This document shows, in pieces, positions 12,610 to 23,663 of a DNA stretch of 64,000 bases. The position numbers were made by a program, and so were the translations under genes. Below the pieces are notes generated by a model. That model was not told the origin of the DNA, searched no databases, and saw only the letters and a program-made list of their open reading frames with translations. Numbering within the stretch: position 1 is the first letter of the stretch; every line of letters starts with the position of its first letter. Source of the DNA: Halocafeteria seosinensis (lineage: Eukaryota); contig LVLI01000281.1 in assembly GCA_001687465.1 (NCBI GenBank), positions 62,001-126,000 on the forward strand. The letters run 5' to 3'.

Positions 12610-14942
12610 AGTCTTGAAGAAACGTCAGCTGTTGATGCGCCTTCAGACGTGGCCTCAGGGTTTGAACCCTCCAAGAGGACGACAGCACACGGATGTAACA
12701 ATGCTATCAAGCAGATGCCTGCGACGAGGCAGGAGCCTTCGAAACCGTCGACAAGAGTTTTAGGGAATGACCAGTACAGACTCAACTGGGAAGGAATGTC
12801 CAATGAAAACGCGAGAGAGCCTACGGACGTAAGCGCCCGCGAAATATACTCTTTTTCTACTGATGTCCTTAGTGAGACCAAGGCTGTTCGTACAGGTTCC
12901 AGAAAAAAATATAACGACGGCAAATGTTCCGGTTCAGAGGCACCATCAACCTGAGGAAAGGGAGGATGATCTGACAAAATTGATTTCCGCAGTTGTCTCG
13001 TATATTCAAACCAAGACGGCCCAAAGTGTGAAAACCCGGAGGCTGAACCTGCCTCCCATGATGCTTCGCTTGCGTCTCCTTTGGAGAGCAATACAGGATA
13101 TAATGTTAATTTGACTTCAAGGGGACTCATGTTCTCGGAGCGACCAAACGGGAACTGGAAAACGAGGCTTTGTGGTGACACAGAAGCTTCTGGTTCAATG
13201 CTCACCTCAATTTGATGAGGGGGAGTTAGCCGTTGTCTTCTCGACTCGGCCTGGGAATACATGTTCAGCGAATCCGCTACTATCATCCCTTCATCGACTA
13301 AGTACTTCTTGTCACCAATTTTGTAGGCATCGTGGATGGGTAGTGCAGCGGAGGCGCTAAGATGTTCTTTAAGGATACATAAGACACCGTAGGACCGCAG
13401 GAGCCATTGGGATAGAGCAGATAGTCTATCCTTTTCTTCTAAGAACTCGTTCTTATTGTTTAGAGAGACGCTTCCATGACAAGGTTTACCTGCTGCAAGG
13501 AAAGTTGCTCTCATTCCAAATCCAAACAAATCATCTTGCTTCTTCAGGTATTCTTCAAATGAGCTCATCGATTTTTGCTGAGCGCGTGACAAGTGAGTAG
13601 CAGAAGATCGTCGAAATAGATCAAATATATTACCAAGACACATAGACGTGTCCATGACGCCAGCAGTTGAATCGTTCTCAAAAACCCGGCAAACCGACCA
13701 CACAGGTAATCTATGAAGCGTTAGCTGAAAGCTTCTCGACATGGTCGTGTGCGTCGTAACCAAAGGCACTGCGAACAAATCCGTCGTCTTTGTGGTTGAT
13801 TGGCCTCCGTGGACCCCACTTCTCAAGAACATTTCAAAGTCTTCATTGGGAAACACTGGTGACAGCTTACGCTGGCGGCATAGCTCCCTTTGTTCCTGAA
13901 TGTTTCGCTTGCGTCGTGAGACTGATGTGACTATCTGGTTAATATCTTCTTCCTCGTGCAAGTTGCACAAAATATATGCGCGTCGTACATGGGACAAGAG
14001 CACGGGTATTGAAGAACGTTTTTTCTCCGGTCGACGTTTCCAACGCTTTTCATAAAACGTTCTCTCATCGGGATTGGAGAGCTTGAAAAACAACTGCTTT
14101 TCCCTAGCTACACCCAACACATTTTCACTATGATTTTTTGCGGCAATGGCCCTTGTATGTAAGTTCTGGACGGTCTTGCGGAAATGGACCAATGACTCGT
14201 GATCCTCCTGCTTTCTCAATCCCGTCCGTAAGCAGCGGGCGTATCTCTCTAAAAGGTCATTTAAGTCCACTTTCGATGGATGCTGAAACGTTGCAAATAA
14301 ATCATGTACATCCATATAAGATAAAAGCACTTGCGATTCGACCAATTTCGACTGCTGTTGCATCCTTGCCCGACTGGAGGCTACCCTTTGCCGGAGCCCT
14401 TCGCGTCTCTTCCGAGTTCTCTGGCATGCTTCCTTCAACGTTCTTTCCATGCGAGTGAAGTTGCTAGCGAACATCAGCGCCTTTGTTTCACGTGAGATCG
14501 GTGCCGTATCGGCCACGTCAAGTGTCATCATTCCATGATAGTGCGCTGACTGCAGCAGCTGGCCCAGCTCGTTGATATCAACGACGGCTTCTCGTAACTG
14601 ATTGACAGCTTGCAGGAAAGCATCACTCTCACGAGTTCCACCCCCTTTCGTCAATGTCTGCCCAATAGTGCTTGTTTTATCAGCTTCTGTATCCTCTCCT
14701 GTTTCAGATCGAGCTCGTTTTCGGCCCACTTGTTCAGAACTTCCCTCTGCACTTGCTGTCCCCGCTGGCTCCTCAATCTCCTCGTCATCCTCTCGAGCTA
14801 CGGGCTCTTTACGGCCGATAAAGTACTGGGAAAGCTCATTGAACGCTTCATATACAGTAGGTCCTGGCTCCTCCAGCACCATTGCCTCCCTCTTTTCCCC
14901 ATATTCTGGCTGTTTCTCTTGCTCCTGCGCACTCATGACCAT
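12504..14942 (-). CDS. 812-aa intronless protein, possibly a divergent Mediator subunit MED17
   Basis: Long ORF. The segment NQLREAVVDINELGQLL...MMTLD...TLKEACQRTRKRREGLRQRV resembles the conserved N-terminal helical block of MED17 (recalled, not searched). Confidence 0.5.
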   Translation of the reverse strand: MVMSAQEQEKQPEYGEKREAMVLEEPGPTVYEAFNELSQYFIGRKEPVAREDDEEIEEPAGTASAEGSSEQVGRKRARSETGEDTEADKTSTIGQTLTKGGGTRESDAFLQAVNQLREAVVDINELGQLLQSAHYHGMMTLDVADTAPISRETKALMFASNFTRMERTLKEACQRTRKRREGLRQRVASSRARMQQQSKLVESQVLLSYMDVHDLFATFQHPSKVDLNDLLERYARCLRTGLRKQEDHESLVHFRKTVQNLHTRAIAAKNHSENVLGVAREKQLFFKLSNPDERTFYEKRWKRRPEKKRSSIPVLLSHVRRAYILCNLHEEEDINQIVTSVSRRKRNIQEQRELCRQRKLSPVFPNEDFEMFLRSGVHGGQSTTKTTDLFAVPLVTTHTTMSRSFQLTLHRLPVWSVCRVFENDSTAGVMDTSMCLGNIFDLFRRSSATHLSRAQQKSMSSFEEYLKKQDDLFGFGMRATFLAAGKPCHGSVSLNNKNEFLEEKDRLSALSQWLLRSYGVLCILKEHLSASAALPIHDAYKIGDKKYLVDEGMIVADSLNMYSQAESRRQRLTPPHQIEVSIEPEASVSPQSLVFQFPFGRSENMSPLEVKLTLYPVLLSKGDASEASWEAGSASGFSHFGPSWFEYTRQLRKSILSDHPPFPQVDGASEPEHLPSLYFFLEPVRTALVSLRTSVEKEYISRALTSVGSLAFSLDIPSQLSLYWSFPKTLVDGFEGSCLVAGICLIALLHPCAVVLLEGSNPEATSEGASTADVSSRLDELLKQGAAIKHHYYINDSVYEAFAGHRKSNSSS

Positions 14943-15219
14943 ACCATATTCATCCTTCTTGTTTGTATTTTGTCAATATCTGATTGTATAGGCCTAAGAA
15001 GTCCTTCTATACATTTTAAATGGACCCTAATGAGGGACCAATGCAACAATCATTTCGTCTATCTAAAGGTTTGGAGGTATCTTTGGGCAGAGTTCAGTCA
15101 TTCAGATGGTATATAGGTTGATACTTCAGTAGTATTCGATAGTTTAGAGCCTTCTCCACGTTTGGAAAGTAGTTTTGCCTTTGATGAGTGAGTCCGATCG
15201 AGTAAAAAAAGCACGGAAA

Positions 15220-17131
15220 ATGAGCCACTCTGGTGAAGCGATCTTGCCCAAGATACTGGGGGATTATACCCATCCCGTAAGGGCTGTGTGCATGCATTCA
15301 CTCTCTATTTTACCCCTGGAATGACCGCGCTGATGTCCGCGTCTGTATGCAGGAGACGATCCGGTTCTTGGGAACGCAACAAATGGACCAAACCCCAGGG
15401 ACACATGTCTTCATTGGCCTAAAGGAGAACTTAGTTGCCCCCGATATTGCGTCCATGTGCCCCGTTGTGGAGACGGGAGAAGTTGCCGCCTTGCTCAAGC
15501 AACTTCACCCCGGGAGAGACGGTCCTGCTACCATTGAAACCACCAAGGTGAACGGAAACGGAAGCTTGCAGCGATGTGTTCTCGTGGCGCTGCCGACGGA
15601 TTGTTCACGCCATAACACAAGTAGCCGCAGCCACGCGATCACCAATGCCCTTTGCAAGATGTCCTTAGGCTTGCATTCCTTCCCTCTGGGGGTTACCTTG
15701 ATGTTGAACGACCACAACAACACTCAAGCCTCAGCTCTCGCTGTGGCACGAGCCTTCCCGGCCTATAACCATCGATCCACGCGCGGTTCTTTCGGTGGCA
15801 TTGAGGTGCTCGTTAATGTCAACTTCGTTGGGGACGCCAAGGGTTCGACAGTGGACAAAGATGAAACCCAGATACTGATAGCATCAACGAGACTGTGCGC
15901 CGCTCTGGTGGACATGCCTACTTCAGAACTCCATACTGATCGGTTCGTAGAGATTGCCCAAACTATCCACTCGGAGGTTGGCGGCACCAATATTACTGTT
16001 ATTTCTGGGGAAGCGCTTCGTGATAAGGGTTTTGGGGGCCATTGGGGTGTCGGTAAAGCTAGCGAACATCTCCCTGCTTTTGTTGTGCTCGAGTATTGCC
16101 CGAAAGGGGTATCTCAAGACTCTCCAGCGTACTGCTTTGCTGGTAAAGGCATCGTCTACGATACTGGTGGTTTAAGCATCAAGGTATGAGGACATTGGTA
16201 AACTTTAATTTGAATTATTATGGTGCATGGCTCACCTATTCTATGCTTTTTCAGGGAAAAGATGGGATGCCTGGTATGAAGGTAAGTTGAGCAGGTCGAC
16301 CCTCCTATTTATTGCACGAAGCAATCAATCTGGGGCTGTTGCAGCGAGATATGGGTGGTGCTGCGGCGTCGCTTGGAGCCTTCCGCTCGCTGGCGTTAAG
16401 TGGAAAATGCAAATCTCGCATTTGCTGTCTTCTTTGTCTGTGTACGTCGCTCTTTATATATGCTTACGAGTATTGTTGTTTAGCAAGTTGACATTATGCC
16501 GGATACAGCGGAGAACTCTGTTTCGAAAGAGTCTACACGACCGGATGATATTCTCACACTATATTCTGGCAAGACCGTAGAAGTCAATAACACCGATGCA
16601 GAGGGTCGCTTGGTCCTAGGAGATGGTGTAGCATATGCCGTCAAGCACTTGAATCCTCGCTGCATTCTCGACATTGCAACTTTAACAGGTGCGCAGGGGA
16701 TATCGACGGGCCAAAATCATGGTGCTCTGTATTGTAATGACGATGATCTGGAAGCGCACATGATAAAATGTGGGAAACATACGGTAAGTATAACGTCTTG
16801 CAAATAGCTTCGTATATTTTTCTGGGATGTGGAAATCTTTCAAGTGAAATGTGTTCAGGGAGATCTTGTGCATCCATTGCCCTTTGCTCCGGAGTTTTAT
16901 CGCAAGGAATTTGGCTCTCCAGTGGCTGATATGAAGAACAGTGTTGCCAACCGTAGTAATGCCCAGAGTAGCTGCGCTGGTCAGTTCATCGGAAATCACT
17001 TGGGTACCTTTCTGTATCATGGGAAATGGTGCCATATTGATATTGCAAGCCCAGCTTTTTCCGGTGGTCTGGGAACAGGGTTTGGCGTTGGTCTTTTGTA
17101 CACTGCTCTGACTTCAATGGCTTCACAATAA
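15220..17131 (+). CDS. NPEPL1: M17 leucyl aminopeptidase, NPEPL1-like; multiple introns (first 15277-15352)
   Basis: Motifs GKGIVYDTGGLSIK, MK|RDMGG, NTDAEGRL, DIATLTGA, ADMKNSVA and CSRHN. Confidence 0.92.
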
Positions 17132-18308
17132 CTCATGCTCCTGCATGAAGGTTTCACCGAGGCTCTCACGGGCGTTCTCATCAACCTGCCGGGCCGCGCA
17201 CAGCAATCTCATTACCTGTCTTGCATGTCGAAGGAAGAGGATGCCGGCTATTCATAGTGCTATGTCATGGCGAAATGACTTACTTTGTCAATCTGTTTTG
17301 ACCGAAATAGGATCTGTTTGTTCTGGCTGTCTTCTTCCTCTAATTCCTGCGTCAGCGTCTCTACATGTGCCTGGATGCTACGCTTAATTCCTTCGAGGAG
17401 ACTGTTTAGCTCTCCCGTGAAACCTGTCGGTTTGAAAACTTTAGAGCTATCAATGAGCCTTAGCAAATCTTAAAGTGATGATATGATTACGTACGCTCCG
17501 ATGCTTCTTTGTATTTTTCCTTTAAGTTCGAAGCTTCTTCCCTTAGCTGTTCACATTAGTGTCTACACAAACCTCCGTCATTGTTGCCTAATTGCTCGAG
17601 CTGGAAACTTACGTTTTGAAGTTGGAATTCATGGTCTCGTGGTGCTAACAGCTCGTGGTGTTCAGCCTCACTGTCTTCATCCGTTTTGTCATTTTCTAGA
17701 GCTTTGCTAATTCGGCTTCGTTTGACTGTTGGTTCCGACGCTGGCCCCGCTCCTGCGAATCCTCCACTATCTTCGGCCAGCCTAGGCACAATAAGCCCTG
17801 CAGATTTCCCCAATAGTTGACGAGAGGTTTTGAAAACAGTATTGTTGCGGTTCTGCTCAGGAGATTCATTCTCGCTTCCAACGTTTTCACCGTTCTCCGT
17901 TTGGCTCTCTTCTGGTTGACATTGACTGGTCATTTCCGTTTCCGCCTCCGCACAAGCAGTGACACACACGGCCGCAGTCGGAGAAGAACTCTTGACTTGG
18001 GCAGGCGCTCCACTGGAGCTTTCAGGCTCAGGAGAGCTGCTTGCTCTCCCGAACAAGCTCCCAAGCGCTTTGGGGCGGCCTCTAATTTGCCTCCCTAGAC
18101 CTTGAGTGCCAGATGTTTGAACTGGCGAGGCTCCAAAATTATATCCAACGGAGGTACCAAAAGGGCGTTGTTGCTTCACCCCAGGGAATGGTGTTCCCGT
18201 TCGAACATTGGCATTAAGAGTTCCGGTTGATGACCATGGCGTTGCTGAATAGCTTGTCTCAGAAGAAGAATTGGGAGTTTCTGGAGTAGTGGACATGGGC
18301 TTTTCCAT
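17123..18308 (-). CDS. Uncharacterised protein: disordered N-terminus, coiled-coil C-terminus, 3 introns
   Basis: The 250-aa ORF continues through GT-AG-bounded exons (..QIDK|VMRLLCAARQVDENARESLGETFMQEHELL*), stop TGA at 17123-17125. Confidence 0.65.
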
Positions 18309-18699
18309 TTCGCCAATTGCTTTCCTTTCCCTGCACCAAGAGTATGAGAAATAGACTCACAAATAAGCACAAAATGTATGCATAAAAAGAGTTACAATAT
18401 GGAATTCACCGTGTGCAAAGAATATGTATCTTGCGTCAACGCACCACAAAACGAGAATTCTTCTTCCATTTATTGTGTGCAGACGAGCATTAACCTAGCA
18501 TGCGTCCAACTTGTCAGATAATGGATGGTTATATACACAAACGTAAATACTTGGAACGCGATATGGAATGTATAACAACCGCATATGCATGCTTACAAGT
18601 GAAGATCTTGCACAGAGAATTCCTTTTTCCTTAAGCTTCTCAGGTGTGCTTGTGAAGTGTGTCTACGCACACGGTCTGGTCCCCTTGTATTGATGGTAC

Positions 18700-21600
18700 A
18701 TGGTGCATATCAGGTACCAGTCCCTGATACATAGGAAAATAATGATCAAGAGCAGGAAATGTTTGCCAATGAGCAAAACCTGTGGCGTATGGACAAATTG
18801 GGTGCTGGGAAGATGGACGTACAGGAGAGCCACTAGGACGACTTGCTCCTCTCTGAGACTCTATACACACGCCACATTTTCTCCAGGGACTCAGACACAG
18901 CGGTGCAATACACGGAAGAGATCACCTAAGTCAAGCAGCAAAGTCTTATGGAAGTCTATTGAGCATTGTAGCAATGAGAGGGAGGTATTTGCGCTGTTCA
19001 ATTCCACCGGGAAGGCCGCCTTCACACTTCCATTGATTGAATATGCGCTCCGAAAAGTGTGCCATCAACTTCAGGGACACAGTTCCACCCATGTCAAGGA
19101 CGCCATTTGTGCAGCCCCCGAAGTGAGAGAAATGCTCAAAACAGTAAGGCAATGCCTCGGCCACACGCGCAAAGATGGACCCACCAGTGCTCAAATGTAT
19201 GCCAGCATATTGCAGTCAGCCTTCGTTTTGGGCTACCCGGACGAGCCTTTGGTGCAGGAACTGGGAACACGAGTTTCTGTATTCCAACAACAGCTAAGTA
19301 TCGGAACGATGTCTAGACTTCTACAGCGGGCAATGTCGTATGAGAGTATGATTCCGTTTGTGTCAGCCTCTCTCCCCCAATTCATCGATCGGTTGGCGGA
19401 TCCGTCCACTGGGATTTCTGGACCCCAGTATCTGCCTGCCACGCTATTTAGGATGCTCGCCCTTCCAAACCACTACGAGCTGCGTTCATTGCGCCGAGGA
19501 AACTCTTCTAAGCACTCCCCGGACAAGTTCTTTGCAGAGTTGCCTGCTCTGTTTGAACAAGGGCTGCAGACTCTGAAAGATCACCAAAAGGAGGGTCACT
19601 TATCAGGTTGGATGGTCCGACCTGCGTTCGATCGTTTCACTGATATTTTCAACGAAAATGACGGTCTTCGATTTGAAGAATCGCTTGGAAGGAAAGCTTA
19701 TGAGTTCTTGTCAGTGATTTCTCAGTCGTTGTCAGCTTCGTTCCGTGACTATAGAGAGCCGGTAGATCCAAAGATGTTTACGACGGTTGCCTTTTCATTT
19801 ACCCGCATCTCTGATTTCCTTGATAGCGCCAAGCGGAACGGCATGTCGCTTTATGCATCCGACATTGGTTCCACGGTGCGACAAATGGATGAAACCATTT
19901 TAGCTGCTCGAAACAGACTCAGCGCTACATCGCATCGGTGGGTACATCTGTCCCGCTATGCGGACAACGAGGATGTTTCAAAACATTTGACTCCGGGTTC
20001 CCGTTATCAAGCTGCTGAAATGAGTCGAAAATACGCAATGTATCTGGCCAATGTCACTAATGCTATATTTACCCCAGAGACTGTTGACAAGTCGGCTCAA
20101 ACTCCTCGAGGTAGCTCATTGAGGCTAGCCATAGCAAGCGCTCTTAGTGAGTGCTACTGGTTCAACGGGCCCCATTCATCGTGGATCCCTTGGGTTGACG
20201 CGAAGAATGCATCAGCCATCTGTGATGCTATAACTTTGCTGACTGACCGTCGCCAAAGGACAACTGCATTGTATGAGATCTGTCTTGCATGGCCATCGCA
20301 GACCCAATTGAGATCTCCAAACATCTTGTTGAAATTGAGAGTTGCCAATTCATTATCCACGCTTGCAGTGAAGTCGTTGGAGGGATCCCCGTCTAGTGGA
20401 TACCTTGCTCAGCAAAGGGACTCTGCATTCTGTACATATGCAGGAGGAGTGGTTACTGATGACTTTGTCGGGAAAGCCACAGAAGAACGACGGAAGCTCG
20501 ATATTGGGTTGTCGGGATGCTATGTTGACAACCGGTTCATCCCGGTTACGGACATCCCCAACATACAGAATACGTGGGATGCGGATGGAATCCGCCCGGT
20601 GGTTAAAGAGTATTTGTACGGGTTCCAAGGGACAATCAACATGACTGTACACAGGTTCCTAGCAGCGCTCTTGAAACAGATAGCCGCTTCACCGCCCGGT
20701 GAATTAAGGAAGCGTGTAAGCGCTAATGTCCTAGCAGAAACGTTGGATGGCCTTGGCGGACTCTATAAAGACTTATCCAACGCCTTATGTGAAAACGCGC
20801 CGTGGGTATCATCGATGCATCGAGTGGGGCGGCACGCTGCAGTACTCGCTTCAATTGTCGTACATAAACTAAGTGCCGCTTTTGTCCAAGGGAAGAAAGG
20901 AAACCTATGGGCCTACTCAGTTAGCGTCACACCAGACGAATTATGCCGCTTGGTTGATGCTGTTAGAGCTAATGGGCTAGTGGACAGTCCTGTGGTAGAC
21001 TTGATTAGGACGTTGACAGTATGGAAGCACCACCAGTTGGACATGAATGAAACACTGTCTGGAATCCAAGCAGGGTCAGATGTTTCCCATCGATGGAGGC
21101 TACCGCACGTACGTACCTACGACTCTGAATTTAGTTCTTTGAGTAGTGATTCCGTAAGAGACAGTGGAATGAGGATGAGGAGTCATAAGATAACTTGGTA
21201 TCAGACTGGGGAACAGCTGTTCCAGCAGCAACAGGATCAGTTACATAAGCTCCCTACACCTGGCAGTCTGGTCCAGGGACGGCCTTCAAAGCTGAGTCAC
21301 TATTTTACTGCGCTTAGTAATACCGCTCCCGCTGTTCCGGCGTCCGTAAAACAAACGATTTCGTTAGATCCGGATACAATGGGAAGTCAATCTAGCAACG
21401 CTCCAGCTGACGAGATAGTATCTGCAGGTTCAAATGTACGAGACGCAATCGATGGCTCGGGGAACGCAGCTTTGCACCGCAATCGAAACATACATCTGGA
21501 ATCATTGGCCTTGTCTGCTGAAAGCTCGTCCTTGCTTTGTCGCCAAACTCCAAGGATAGCCTCACATCTTGAGGCATGTGTTGCTCCTTCGTGTTGCTGG

Positions 21601-23361
21601 CTCTGGCTTGAAAGAGACCCTTTCACTGCTAGAAATGCGTCAGATGTTCCTATCTCTCGTGATGAAGTGACTCTTGAACGTGCGGCTCGACAAGCATGTG
21701 AATGGCTTGGTGGCATGGCTAGCAGTACTGAACCCAGCGTAGGCGACGATGCGGAGCCGCCCACCGAGCACTCAGCTTTGTGCACCTTGTCACGCATAGT
21801 GAAGGCGCATTTAGAGAGCCAGCATGCTAAATATGGTGTCCTGTTTTTTTCATCTCTAGCGGCGTGTGCCTCTCGGATTGTCGAAAACGTTGGCACAGAC
21901 GTGGGTGACTCCTGCGGTATTGCTTCGTTTCTTCGTTCGGTCCTCGTTCCTGGGGTCGAAGTGAGGAATATGTACACCGGCACAACATCTCTCGGAGTCA
22001 CTGCGCCGATATCTTCACCATGGGAACAGTTTGAATATAGGAAAAATGGCTATATCCTGTCTACTCTACAGAGAGCGACGCGAGATAATTCTTTACCTTA
22101 TTGGATTGATACGATAGAGATAAAACGTCTCATCGGAAGAGGCGCTTCACCTACCGAAGACAATTTACGATCGGCACTTAGCAAGGGTATTGAAGAGCGA
22201 GTGGGACGCTATGTGGATACAGCAGAGCAATTGAAGCATGGCAAGCAAGCTATGTATATTCATCAGGATCTGCTGCACCCTTTCGTCATCAATCAGGGTA
22301 CTGTATCAACTAAGCCCGAGCGCCCAAAACAATTACGTGAGGTCGAACCTCTGCCTTCGTGGGCTAGTTCTTCGGCTAAGAGTCTACATTCATCTACAGC
22401 TGAAGAGGAGTACACCGATTTCTCTGATTTTGATTTCGAGAAATTACAGAAGTCCGTATATAAAACACCTCGTCTGCCAAGGTATTGCAGTCCGTTCGAA
22501 GATGGCCTGTTGGATTCTAGACTTGCGTTGGTTTTCGAGCAGTTCCTGAAACGGCGTGGCACCTCCATTCAGACGGAATGTACCAACAAAGAACTAGACG
22601 ATTATGTAAGAATAGGTTCAACTTTTGGAAACACTCAGTCTGAGTTTTCCTCATTATTTCAGAAATGGGGGCATCAAAGCAAAGAGAGAGTTGACAAAAG
22701 CCCTTTTTCAGATCTTGTTTGGCTAGCTAAAGTGGCAACATCGTATACCCCCGTTGTCTACGAGGAGAATTGGAGCACGAGCACGGTCAATCACAATCCG
22801 CACTTCGATTGCCGGAACCCTAAACCTTCCGCTGGATATACACCAAACGAACTCGTCCCCCGTGCAATGGTGGATGTGGCTAGCCAAGTGCTTGAGAGTG
22901 TTTCCAGTGCTGTTATTGCACGAGGCTTCGTAGATGGCGGCGCTCCGTTGGATCCTTCCAAAGTGGTGTCTATGCTGTTTCACTTAGCCCAAGGGTACCG
23001 GAGTTCCCATCAGGTGGAATCTCTTAAGAACACACATGTACCAGAGTTATGCGATATGGCCTTGCGTTGGCTGTTTGCCGAAGAAGTTGTGTCCTTATAT
23101 AGGGATGACAATCAGTTGTTGCAACAGACGGCTTCCCTTATAGAAGAAATTAAGGCAGTGTGTACGGGAGCTGAAACGCCCATGGCGATGAGAAAAGAGT
23201 ATGCCAGTAAGTTACAGAAAGATATCAAGCAAGCTTCGGATGCTCGTCTACGTACATCAGACTCCAATTTTTATCGACGGCTTGCTTTGAATACGGTTCC
23301 TGTTGAACAGCAGCGTTCTAATTCTTCCTCGTCTCAGTACAAAGACTCATATGGCTTCTGA
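18700..23361 (+). CDS. Large intronless uncharacterised helical protein, possibly mitochondrion-targeted; true start may be about 18769
   Basis: 1553-codon ORF with an Arg/Ser/Thr-rich, acid-poor N-terminus; AATAAA about 20 nt after the stop. Confidence 0.8.
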   Translation: MVHIRYQSLIHRKIMIKSRKCLPMSKTCGVWTNWVLGRWTYRRATRTTCSSLRLYTHATFSPGTQTQRCNTRKRSPKSSSKVLWKSIEHCSNEREVFALFNSTGKAAFTLPLIEYALRKVCHQLQGHSSTHVKDAICAAPEVREMLKTVRQCLGHTRKDGPTSAQMYASILQSAFVLGYPDEPLVQELGTRVSVFQQQLSIGTMSRLLQRAMSYESMIPFVSASLPQFIDRLADPSTGISGPQYLPATLFRMLALPNHYELRSLRRGNSSKHSPDKFFAELPALFEQGLQTLKDHQKEGHLSGWMVRPAFDRFTDIFNENDGLRFEESLGRKAYEFLSVISQSLSASFRDYREPVDPKMFTTVAFSFTRISDFLDSAKRNGMSLYASDIGSTVRQMDETILAARNRLSATSHRWVHLSRYADNEDVSKHLTPGSRYQAAEMSRKYAMYLANVTNAIFTPETVDKSAQTPRGSSLRLAIASALSECYWFNGPHSSWIPWVDAKNASAICDAITLLTDRRQRTTALYEICLAWPSQTQLRSPNILLKLRVANSLSTLAVKSLEGSPSSGYLAQQRDSAFCTYAGGVVTDDFVGKATEERRKLDIGLSGCYVDNRFIPVTDIPNIQNTWDADGIRPVVKEYLYGFQGTINMTVHRFLAALLKQIAASPPGELRKRVSANVLAETLDGLGGLYKDLSNALCENAPWVSSMHRVGRHAAVLASIVVHKLSAAFVQGKKGNLWAYSVSVTPDELCRLVDAVRANGLVDSPVVDLIRTLTVWKHHQLDMNETLSGIQAGSDVSHRWRLPHVRTYDSEFSSLSSDSVRDSGMRMRSHKITWYQTGEQLFQQQQDQLHKLPTPGSLVQGRPSKLSHYFTALSNTAPAVPASVKQTISLDPDTMGSQSSNAPADEIVSAGSNVRDAIDGSGNAALHRNRNIHLESLALSAESSSLLCRQTPRIASHLEACVAPSCCWLWLERDPFTARNASDVPISRDEVTLERAARQACEWLGGMASSTEPSVGDDAEPPTEHSALCTLSRIVKAHLESQHAKYGVLFFSSLAACASRIVENVGTDVGDSCGIASFLRSVLVPGVEVRNMYTGTTSLGVTAPISSPWEQFEYRKNGYILSTLQRATRDNSLPYWIDTIEIKRLIGRGASPTEDNLRSALSKGIEERVGRYVDTAEQLKHGKQAMYIHQDLLHPFVINQGTVSTKPERPKQLREVEPLPSWASSSAKSLHSSTAEEEYTDFSDFDFEKLQKSVYKTPRLPRYCSPFEDGLLDSRLALVFEQFLKRRGTSIQTECTNKELDDYVRIGSTFGNTQSEFSSLFQKWGHQSKERVDKSPFSDLVWLAKVATSYTPVVYEENWSTSTVNHNPHFDCRNPKPSAGYTPNELVPRAMVDVASQVLESVSSAVIARGFVDGGAPLDPSKVVSMLFHLAQGYRSSHQVESLKNTHVPELCDMALRWLFAEEVVSLYRDDNQLLQQTASLIEEIKAVCTGAETPMAMRKEYASKLQKDIKQASDARLRTSDSNFYRRLALNTVPVEQQRSNSSSSQYKDSYGF

Positions 23362-23663
23362 AGCCGCGTTGTAGCAATTAATAAACTGCGTCTGGAATTG
23401 AATAGCGCTTTATGCATGACACGTCACGTGCATCCCAGCCCTGGATAGTGTCGTCATTTCACAACTTGGTGGTGCGGTACTGGTGCCTGGTTCATTAGCT
23501 TGTCGTTTCGTCGCTGGTGACTCAGGAACTTGCTCTGATCACGGTATAACCAGTATCGAATTCTACGTCGGATTGTTACTAATAGATTTTTAGATTATTA
23601 TTATTTTTTTATTTTTATTTTTTTCTGGTGCTAGTAGTTGCATAACATAGTAATACTGAAAAC

